NCBI GenBank assembly: GCA_963719495.1
Contig: CAVRCI010000002.1
Coordinates: 1-64,000 of the forward strand
Length of the DNA stretch: 64,000 bases
Origin: an uncultured Verrucomicrobiae bacterium
GTDB lineage: Bacteria > Verrucomicrobiota > Verrucomicrobiia > Chthoniobacterales > JAATET01
Direction of reading: 5' to 3'
Made by a program: the position numbers and the translations under genes. The stretch's first letter is position 1, and each line of letters opens with the position of its first letter. Positions 54,166 through 62,123 of this stretch are shown piece after piece. Under the pieces are notes generated by a model, which was given only the letters and a program-made list of their open reading frames with translations, was not told the origin of the DNA and searched no databases.

Positions 54166-54726
54166 ATGACCGCGAAACGCTTCTATGACTGGCAGACCGC
54201 CGGTGGCACTGACGATGTGATGCGTCTCACATCCTGCCTTGAGCGGGCAGATATTGCTTGGTGCGCAATCGGAGGTGTCGCCGTGAATCACTGGGCCGAC
54301 GAGCCAATGGTGACTCAGGATGTTGATTTTGTTGTAGCGACTGAATCAATCCAGTCGACGGTCTACGCGCTTGAGAGGGAAGGATTCAGGAGCAAGACTT
54401 TTGAGTGGTCGATCAATTTTACCGGATCATCTCGGGTGAGCATTCAGCTCAGCACGGAGGACTTCTATCGAGAGTTCCCCGCACGCGCGGTCCCAGCAGA
54501 TGTTCACGGAATCCTTCTCAGAGTAGCATCGTTGGCTGATACTCTCTCCGGCAAGATCAAGGCTTGGTCGGCGCCGGAACGCAGACAAAGCAAGCGAATC
54601 AAAGATCTCGGGGATATCTCAAGACTCGTTGAGGCACACCCTCACTTGTGGAAGATGCTTCCAACAAAGCTGCAGGCACAAATTGATAATCCTGAGACCG
54701 AACAAGGCGCTGCAGCCAACCCCTAG
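54166..54726 (+). CDS. Nucleotidyltransferase-family protein (AbiEii-like fold)
   Basis: AIGGVAVN..TQDVDFVV..K..R..K..KDLGDI. Confidence 0.75.
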   Translation: MTAKRFYDWQTAGGTDDVMRLTSCLERADIAWCAIGGVAVNHWADEPMVTQDVDFVVATESIQSTVYALEREGFRSKTFEWSINFTGSSRVSIQLSTEDFYREFPARAVPADVHGILLRVASLADTLSGKIKAWSAPERRQSKRIKDLGDISRLVEAHPHLWKMLPTKLQAQIDNPETEQGAAANP

Positions 54727-54831
54727 CCGCTTCGCTGGCTGGGATTGCTCGGTCCCGCTACCGGCAGCTCACCTCAAGGTTGGCTTGGTCGCCCGCTCAG
54801 GGTGGCTGAGCTTGACGTTCGGTCATATACT

Positions 54832-55296
54832 ATGAATACCAGCAAACGAGCATTCTTGTGCGCAGCACTTGCATCAATGGCGCTTTCAATTTCTGCAGAG
54901 GACAACGCCCACGATTATGTCAAGCCAAACTACGAAGTGGAATTGGCTAGGAGAGAGTATCAAACTAAACTGTATGCCGCATTTCGCAGCGATTCGATCA
55001 TATCAAAAGAACTTCCTGAAGATTTCCGGTTAAGTGGTTTAGCATACGGAGGCCTTGAAATCCAATTTTACAGGACCACATCTACGGAAGCACAACAGAA
55101 AATTATTGAGATCATACAAGCTACGATAAGCGACAGTCTTTTCCTCAATGCACGGATTGAATTCTATGAAGACCGCATCACAACCTCTAGTCCTGGACGC
55201 AATGGCAGACAATTCGAATCGCTATTGAGGACGATTTCAATCGGGGAACCATACGAACACAATTCGACCGAACAAGGCGCTGCAGCCAACCCCTAG
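54832..55296 (+). CDS. Cassette secreted hypothetical protein
   Basis: Signal peptide; stop inside attC. Confidence 0.7.
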   Translation: MNTSKRAFLCAALASMALSISAEDNAHDYVKPNYEVELARREYQTKLYAAFRSDSIISKELPEDFRLSGLAYGGLEIQFYRTTSTEAQQKIIEIIQATISDSLFLNARIEFYEDRITTSSPGRNGRQFESLLRTISIGEPYEHNSTEQGAAANP

Positions 55297-55393
55297 CCGC
55301 TTCGCTGGCTGGGGTTGATCGGTCCCGCTACTGGCAGCTCACCTCAAGGTTGGCTTGGTTGCCCGCTCAGGGTGGCTGAGCTTGACGGTCGCC

Positions 55394-55635
55394 TAATATA
55401 TAGATTTGAACGCCCGGTTTAGGAACATCACGGTTGGATTCTCCAAGTATTGTTCTCCTTATCTCTGCTCCGTTCGGCGCTACGCTGCTCTACTGGTGAC
55501 CTCGTTTGTCTGTCTTCTTCAGCCACGTTTTCACCATCACGAGGAGATATTTGAACGCCTCTAGTGATTCGGACCTCACTCAGCAAATCACCCTCTTCCC
55601 AACTTCCGTATCTTGTTCCTGCCGGACGCTATTAA
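55394..55635 (+). repeat. Cassette family C, 5' part
   Basis: Homologous to 53064-53305; ends at IS. Confidence 0.85.
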
Positions 55636-57122
55636 TGTCGGGGCCTGTTCAAAAGTGAACGGAGACTGTTCAAAAGCGGAATGAGAGACTGTTCAAAAGT
55701 GGATTGGGGGTTTTGGGGCGTTGTATTGGGAGACGCGGGAAACGCCTCGGAGGAGGCCGGAGCGTAGCGGAGGCTGACGGAGAGGCGCTTCCCGCGTGCG
55801 CGCCTGCTCCCCGGCCCCAGTGCCCCAAGGATACCAGCCGTTGGGGTGAAGCGTTTGTGGAACGCGCTGGCTTGCGCGCTCGCCTGGTCGATTATCCCGG
55901 ATTGAAAAGAAGCAGATTACCCACCGTCTCCCGCCAGATTTTGTCCGTCGCACACTTGCAGATTTCAATGCAGGACTTCTCGATGCCAGCAATGCCGCAA
56001 GCCAGTTAGGCATCGGCAAAACCAGGCTCTATGAACTCCGCACGGCCTACCTCGCAAATCGTAATTCCTACGCCCCGGCTGCCAGCGGGGGCGCTCGTCG
56101 CGCCGACTGGCCGCCCGAAGTTGAACGCTTTCTCCAAGAGTTTCTGCCGCTTCAGAACCCACCCAATTACCAGTTAGTCGCCGACGAACTTGAGCGACTC
56201 TGCGGATTCGTTCGGGCGCGCTCGGTCGTCGAGACCCACGTCAAAGCGCGCTACGCCCATCTGGTGCCCTCGCCGACCCGCAAGCCTCGCGTTTATCGGC
56301 GCTTCCGTCGCGCTCGCATCGGCGAACTTTGGCAGCACGACAGTTCGATCCACCAATGGTGGCCCGCCGCCGCTAAACAGACTTTACTGCTCACCGTCGA
56401 CGACCATTCGGGCCTGAATCTAGCAGGTCGCTTCGTGGAATCCGATACCACTTGGAACCATTTCGGACATTTCCGCGAATCCTTCGAGACCTGGGGCCTG
56501 CCGCAGATCGTTTACACTGATGGCCTCAGCCTCTTCGGGCCAAGTTCCAGCGGCGATCACTGCGATCCTAAGAGTGAATTCCAACGCGCCCTCCGCGGAC
56601 TCGGCGTCGCTCACTTAGTGGCACCGACCCCACAAGCTAAGGGTAAGATCGAGCGCCGTTTCGGGACTTTCCAGAGACGGCTCGTCACACTACTCGCCCA
56701 TGCCAGCGCCAAAACTTGGCCCCAGGCCGACGAAATTCTTCAGATGGAGATTGCCAGGCAGAACCGTACCGTCAATCGCTCCACCGGCAAGGTCCCGCTC
56801 CATCTGTGGGAAGCGCAGTCGCTTGGCGACAGCGGGCGCATGCGCCCCATCCCGCCTTCCGCGCTCCTAGACTTACACCTCTCAATCCGCTGCTCCCGCC
56901 GGGTGAACAATGACCACACCATCGACTTCGATGGCTCCAACTACGAGATCTCCAACACCCAGCGCAAGAGCGTCACCATCGTCCACCATCCCGGAAGCCG
57001 TTTCTGGGTCGTCGAACACCCTCCCAAAACCGTCTGGCCCCCCATTCTAGGCCACTTCAGCCTCTAAAATCGCTGTTCGCTTTTGAACAGGCGAGAATTC
57101 CGCTTTTGAACAGTCGCCGACA
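55636..57122 (+). mobile_element. IS1202-family (IS481-related) IS copy 2, intact (1487 bp)
   Basis: TGTCGGGGCC/TGTCGGCGAC ends, 3 left + 2 right CTGTTCAAAAG boxes, 16-bp target duplications. Confidence 0.88.
55901..57067 (+). CDS. IS1202/IS481-type DDE transposase (inferred ATT start)
   Basis: Frame open from 55850; HTH AASQLGIGKTRLYEL; GELWQHDSS, VDDHS, YTD, PQAKGKIERRFGTFQRRL. Confidence 0.8.
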   Translation: MEKKQITHRLPPDFVRRTLADFNAGLLDASNAASQLGIGKTRLYELRTAYLANRNSYAPAASGGARRADWPPEVERFLQEFLPLQNPPNYQLVADELERLCGFVRARSVVETHVKARYAHLVPSPTRKPRVYRRFRRARIGELWQHDSSIHQWWPAAAKQTLLLTVDDHSGLNLAGRFVESDTTWNHFGHFRESFETWGLPQIVYTDGLSLFGPSSSGDHCDPKSEFQRALRGLGVAHLVAPTPQAKGKIERRFGTFQRRLVTLLAHASAKTWPQADEILQMEIARQNRTVNRSTGKVPLHLWEAQSLGDSGRMRPIPPSALLDLHLSIRCSRRVNNDHTIDFDGSNYEISNTQRKSVTIVHHPGSRFWVVEHPPKTVWPPILGHFSL

Positions 57123-57390
57123 CATCTACACCATAAAGTTGTAAACCCTGGAATTTTCTGGTTCGCTTGTCGATGATAGCGCCATCTGGATTCGTGGCCT
57201 TAATGTAGACGGAAACCGAAACTGAATTGAACGTATTTTGATCAATATTCAACAATACTAAAAATGATCCAATTGGTCTTTCCCAATTCAATTCTGCGGG
57301 CGGAGAATCTAAAATGTAAAAGGACGATTCATTGGCGAAAGATATCTGAGTGAAAGTGACAAAGGTGAGTATCGGTAAAAAGAATCGCAT
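57123..57390 (-). pseudogene. 5' half of secreted-protein cassette gene split by IS and inversion
   Basis: Signal peptide MRFFLPILTF..; ends LYGVD at the 16-bp duplication. Confidence 0.85.
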
Positions 57391-57590
57391 GAGGAAAGAT
57401 TTAAACAGCTAGTTTCGAGATTTAGTATTATCCGCCGGAGGCTACTGAATTGTGTATAGCCGAACGTCAAGCTCAGCCACCCTGAGCGGGCAATCAAGCC
57501 AACCCTGAGGTGAGCTGCCAGTAGCGGGACCGAGCAACCCCAGCCAGCGAAGCGGCTAGGGGTTGGCTGCAGCGCCTTGTTCGGCTCATT

Positions 57591-58073
57591 TTATTCGAAG
57601 AGATGGTCACGCAACCGGGGAACAGGCTCATTTGGAAACAACTTTGTAAAACGCTTGATGTATTTGGTTGAGAGTTTTGACTGTCCCGACAATTGAAGCA
57701 CGGATATGAGTTCAAGATGTGCGTCGTGCTCTTTCGGGTAGTGCTCTAGAAGCTTCTGATACTCTTGTATAGCCTCTGGATATCTCCTCTCTTTAGCATA
57801 GAGGCAAGGAAGGATATATGAGAGCTTTGGTTTTTTAAAGCGGGCGTCGGGGAAGACCAATGTTGTGAATAATCGGCTGCAAAATTCGCACAACCTCGTA
57901 ACGGTCTCAGGAGCAACCAATAAGACTGCTGCGATTAACGCAGCAAACCCAATGATTAGATAACCCGCGGCTCCCAAACCTGGTATCTTCAAAGCTCGGC
58001 CCATTGAACTCACGAAAAAGTAAGAGCACCCTGCGGCGGCACCCCAGCGGAATATCACGGATGCATTTCTCAT
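57591..58073 (-). CDS. Cassette membrane protein with TPR-like C-terminus
   Basis: Two TM segments; RYPEAIQEYQKLLEHYPKEHDAHLEL. Confidence 0.7.
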   Translation of the reverse strand: MRNASVIFRWGAAAGCSYFFVSSMGRALKIPGLGAAGYLIIGFAALIAAVLLVAPETVTRLCEFCSRLFTTLVFPDARFKKPKLSYILPCLYAKERRYPEAIQEYQKLLEHYPKEHDAHLELISVLQLSGQSKLSTKYIKRFTKLFPNEPVPRLRDHLFE

Positions 58074-58211
58074 TGTATTCAGAGCCGAACGTCAAGCTCA
58101 GCCACCCCGAACGGGTATTTGAGCCAATCCTGAGGTGAGCTGCCGGTGGCGGGTTCGAGCAACCCCAGCCAGCGAAGCGGCTAGGGGTTGGCTGCAGCGC
58201 CTTGTTCGGCT

Positions 58212-58709
58212 TCAGAATCCCGTCATCTTTTCGGAAATAGACTTCAAGAAATCCCTGCGTTCCGCGAGACGTTGATCGGATTCAGGAGTGATGAGTCCGT
58301 CGGCATTTATAAAGTAGAGCTCAAATAACATATCTCCGGAGTCGAGTAGCGAGATGCTGTCGAAACGCCCATCCGCATCAATGTCGGAGCGAGTCAGTCT
58401 CATGGTCGCATCGGGATAATACAACTCGGAACGCTTTCCATCTGCCTCCGTTGCGTAGAAAATCTTCGAATCTCCTCTGTAAATAATCTGTTCGATGTGA
58501 ATGTAACGCGGCGGACCTGAGTGTGTTGTAATAACGCGCGATAGAATAACGACTCCATTACGTTTCCAAGTCCAGCGCTCAACATCTTGTTCTTTCGGGA
58601 GGAAAGCAACTTTGCCTTTCATGTCTTTGGAATCAGAGTGTTCAAGCTCCAGTTGCGCAGGCATGGTCAGAGGAAATAGTCCGAAGATTGCCAAAATGAG
58701 GATTTTCAT
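58212..58709 (-). CDS. Cassette secreted hypothetical protein
   Basis: MKILILAIFGLF signal; DIDADGRFD motif. Confidence 0.72.
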   Translation of the reverse strand: MKILILAIFGLFPLTMPAQLELEHSDSKDMKGKVAFLPKEQDVERWTWKRNGVVILSRVITTHSGPPRYIHIEQIIYRGDSKIFYATEADGKRSELYYPDATMRLTRSDIDADGRFDSISLLDSGDMLFELYFINADGLITPESDQRLAERRDFLKSISEKMTGF

Positions 58710-58814
58710 ATCATTGAGCCGAACGTCAAGCTCAGCCACCCTGAGCGGGTGATCGAGCCAACCCTGAGGTGAACTGCCGGTAGCGGGTTCGAGCAACCCC
58801 AGCCAGCGAAGCGG

Positions 58815-59087
58815 CTAGGGGTTGGCTGCAGCGCCTTGTTGGACACGCATTTCATTCTGTCCAAAGTCGCCAAATGCAATCCCTCGAAATGACAGGTCTT
58901 CGTCAAGCTCGGACCAATGGATACCAAATGGTGAAAGCTCGTATTGTCTGAGCTGTGTGTCTGTTGCTGACGCTAATCGTGGATTCTCCGAAACTGGAAA
59001 CTTCAACTTGCTGCCATCCGTCATTGAAATGATAACATGACGATTGGAGATCAGTGCTGACAATGGTCTATTGATTAAGGTGTTCAT
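58815..59087 (-). CDS. DUF2442 protein (TA partner)
   Basis: PRLASAT..GIHWSELDEDLS. Confidence 0.88.
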   Translation of the reverse strand: MNTLINRPLSALISNRHVIISMTDGSKLKFPVSENPRLASATDTQLRQYELSPFGIHWSELDEDLSFRGIAFGDFGQNEMRVQQGAAANP

Positions 59088-59304
59088 TCCAAACTTTGAC
59101 GATGAGTTCCTTGTTTTCCTCTGCGAGTTCTTGCGCTTTCGATAATTCTTTAACCTTCAGTCCAGATGATTCACGCAACTCCACAATAATATCAAGGTTA
59201 AAAACCGCTTCCCCTCCACCCTTTCGGACGTGAACGTGAATCGGTTCATGATCATTGCTGTAGAAAAAGAATTTGAATCCGTCTTTTTTGAAAACAACAG
59301 GCAT
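59068..59304 (-). CDS. DUF4160 protein (TA partner)
   Basis: MPVV..GFKFFFYSNDHEPIHVHV..WNEH. Confidence 0.9.
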   Translation of the reverse strand: MPVVFKKDGFKFFFYSNDHEPIHVHVRKGGGEAVFNLDIIVELRESSGLKVKELSKAQELAEENKELIVKVWNEHLNQ

Positions 59305-59600
59305 ATTTGAGAAATACAGTCTTACCTGTGCCCGCGCACGTAAATTCTCGTGGCGGGCTTCCCCCAGTGCTGCCTGATTAATTTGCGCGATGTAATTGCG
59401 TCTTGTCGGCTCGGCGGCTGCACTTCATCCGCCAGGGGCTGTCCAACGTCAAGCTCAGCCACCCTGAGCGGGCAATCAAGGTCAAGCTCAGCCACCCTGA
59501 GCGGGCAATCAAGCCAACCCTGAGGTGAGCTGCCAATAGCGGGACCGAGCAACCCCAGCCAGCGAAGCGGCTGGGGGTTGGCTGCAGCGCCTTGTTCGGA

Positions 59601-59869
59601 TCCGCCTGTCCGTGGTCCCGTCGGATCTGCTATCTACAGCCTTGCTCATTGTCTAGCCGACTGATGATCGAGCCATACCAACGAGTGACACTGATGCGGG
59701 TTGATGGGGAAATACGCTACGCATGGGCTGGGTAAAAATACCTTGGTTTGGGCTTTCGGATACTCAAAGCAACCTCATTGTGAACACCTTCCGAATACGC
59801 CAATTTTATACAAAGCAAATCACGAACGATCTATTTTGCAATTTGGGCGTCCAGAAACTGGGGCATAGG
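59601..59869 (-). repeat. Gene-less cassette family B
   Basis: 269-bp homologue. Confidence 0.85.
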
Positions 59870-59999
59870 TCCGAACGTCAAGCTCAGCCACCCTGAGCGG
59901 GGCAACGAACGTCTAGGCAAGGTGTTTGCTGGAAGGGGGATCGGTCGGCCAAGGCTTGCCGCAGGCCGGCTAGGGGTTGGCTGCAGCGCCTTGTTCGTC

Positions 60000-60335
60000 G
60001 GAAACGGTGACTGCACAATGGAGGACCTGAGCGTCCGACAGGCTGACGATGATCAAATCCAGCAAGCGGCTTCGTTAGAGCATTCAGTCGAAGAGGCCTC
60101 TGTGGTCCAGATTGACGACGCATTATAACTATATTGCTCGTGACACGAGAAGGGCGGAACGGATTCTGGATTGGTCTACTCTTGCCGCGTGAGCGCCCCA
60201 AGCGTGCATGGCAGGCGAAAAACCCTTGGGGTCGAATCGGGAGTGATCAATGGAAAGCCAGAATCGTGCTCAATCGTATGCCGAAGGGAATCGAGCAACT
60301 CTAAACTTTCCCTTGATTTCAACCCCAATAAATCA
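60000..60335 (-). repeat. Gene-less cassette family A
   Basis: One of 8 copies. Confidence 0.9.
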
Positions 60336-60464
60336 GGCGAACGTCAAGCTCAGCCACCCTAAGCGGAGCAACGAACGTCTAGGCAAGGTGTTTGCCGGAA
60401 GGGGATCGGTCGGCCAAGGCTTGGCGCAGGCCGGCTAGGGGTTGGCTGCAGCGCCTTGTTCGTC

Positions 60465-60800
60465 GGAAACGGTGACTGCACAATGGATGACCCGATCGTC
60501 CGACAGGCCGACGATGGTCAAACCCAGCAAGCGGCTTCGTTAGAGCATTCAGTAGAAGAGGCTTCTGTGGTCCAGATTGACTTCGCATTATGAATATATT
60601 GCTCGTGACACGAGAAGGGCGGAACGGATTCTGGATGGATCTACTCATGCCGCGTGAGCGCCCCAAGCGTGCATGGCAGGCGAATAATTCTTGGGGTCGA
60701 ATCGGGAGCGATCAATAGAAAACCAGAATCGTGCTCAACCGTATGCCGAAGGGAATCGAACAACTCTGAACCTTCCCTTGATCTCAACCCCAATAAATCA
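60465..60800 (-). repeat. Gene-less cassette family A
   Basis: One of 8 copies. Confidence 0.9.
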
Positions 60801-60934
60801 GGCGAACGTCAAGCTCAGCCACCCTGAGCGGGCAATCAAGCCAACCCTGAGGTGAGCTGCCGGTAGCGGGTCCGAGCAACCCCAGCCAGCGAAGCGGCTA
60901 GGGGTTGGCTGCAGCGCCTTGTTCGGCTGTATTT

Positions 60935-61315
60935 TTATGCTGCAAGTAGTGGTCCTGAGGCGACAAGCTTCTTTTTCCGAGGATCTACTACAAGCGTGAG
61001 TCCTTCAAGCGTTCGAGCACCGAGCAACGTCATATCTCCTGGTTCGGCAAATACTACTTCGTCGATAGTGAAAAACTTATTTACTCTGACGACGGCGAAT
61101 CCAACACTTCGTGTTATTCTTTGTCCATTTGCCATGACAAATGATAAGTCCTTCTTTTCTCGAGTAACTCCTATTTTCTCAAGAGTCTTTGAACGAATCC
61201 ATGTATATTCGCTTCCTGTGTCCACCAACGCACGAGGAATCGTGGTTGTTTGGTCGCGATTAATATGATTCTCCAGCTTGCAGCCGACGTGAAATGTGCC
61301 CATACGAAAAGTCAT
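60935..61315 (-). CDS. Clan AA (retropepsin-like) aspartyl protease
   Basis: ALVDTGS, ANG, LLGARTLEGL..DP. Confidence 0.85.
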   Translation of the reverse strand: MTFRMGTFHVGCKLENHINRDQTTTIPRALVDTGSEYTWIRSKTLEKIGVTREKKDLSFVMANGQRITRSVGFAVVRVNKFFTIDEVVFAEPGDMTLLGARTLEGLTLVVDPRKKKLVASGPLLAA

Positions 61316-62123
61316 ACGGGAAGTTCACATGGAGCGCAAGGGCGATTGAGATTTCTGTCGGCGACTGTTCAAAAGCGGAATTCTCGCCTGTTCAAAAGCG
61401 AACAGCGATTTTAGAGGCTGAAGTGGCCTAGAATGGGGGGCCAGACGGTTTTGGGAGGGTGTTCGACGACCCAGAAACGGCTTCCGGGATGGTGGACGAT
61501 GGTGACGCTCTTGCGCTGGGTGTTGGAGATCTCGTAGTTGGAGCCATCGAAGTCGATGGTGTGGTCATTGTTCACCCGGCGGGAGCAGCGGATTGAGAGG
61601 TGTAAGTCTAGGAGCGCGGAAGGCGGGATGGGGCGCATGCGCCCGCTGTCGCCAAGCGACTGCGCTTCCCACAGATGGAGCGGGACCTTGCCGGTGGAGC
61701 GATTGACGGTACGGTTCTGCCTGGCAATCTCCATCTGAAGAATTTCGTCGGCCTGGGGCCAAGTTTTGGCGCTGGCATGGGCGAGTAGTGTGACGAGCCG
61801 TCTCTGGAAAGTCCCGAAACGGCGCTCGATCTTACCCTTAGCTTGTGGGGTCGGTGCCACTAAGTGAGCGACGCCGAGTCCGCGGAGGGCGCGTTGGAAT
61901 TCACTCTTAGGATCGCAGTGATCGCCGCTGGAACTTGGCCCGAAGAGGCTGAGGCCATCAGTGTAAACGATCTGCGGCAGGCCCCAGGTCTCGAAGGATT
62001 CGCGGAAATGTCCGAAATGGTTCCAAGTGGTATCGGATTCCACGAAGCGACCTGCTAGATTCAGGCCCGAATGGTCGTCGACGGTGAGCAGTAAAGTCTG
62101 TTTAGCGGCGGCGGGCCACCATT

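Larger units (their letters stand above)
49470..55635 (+). repeat. Integron cassette array, inverted segment: 10 attC sites on plus strand
   Basis: attC at 49698-49824, 50342-50468, 50849-50975, 51528-51654, 51991-52119, 52937-53063, 53332-53460, 53993-54119, 54697-54823, 55267-55393. Confidence 0.95.
57123..61355 (-). repeat. Integron cassette array, right segment: 7 attC sites
   Basis: attC at 57459-57585, 58084-58210, 58718-58844, 59441-59600, 59870-59999, 60336-60464, 60801-60927. Confidence 0.95.

Noticed and set aside
55636..55700. Tn7-like or CAST transposon ends
   Set aside because: Only a single transposase in 1.5 kb, no TnsC/TniQ, and a 16-bp rather than 5-bp TSD
46666..57122. Composite transposon carrying cassettes in from elsewhere
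   Set aside because: Outer flanks share no duplication; swapped TSDs and split cassettes show in-place inversion
30606..60016. ORFs containing NKALQPTPSR, RRCSQPLA, MAAAPC or LRVAELDV
   Set aside because: Translations of the attC repeat
36023..60666. Repeated MGRSRG.. ORFs as a protein family
   Set aside because: Frame is broken in two copies, starts mid-cassette and ends at variable points inside or beyond attC
27017..61355. CRISPR array
   Set aside because: Repeats are ~127 bp with attC structure, spacers are gene-sized, and no cas genes are present
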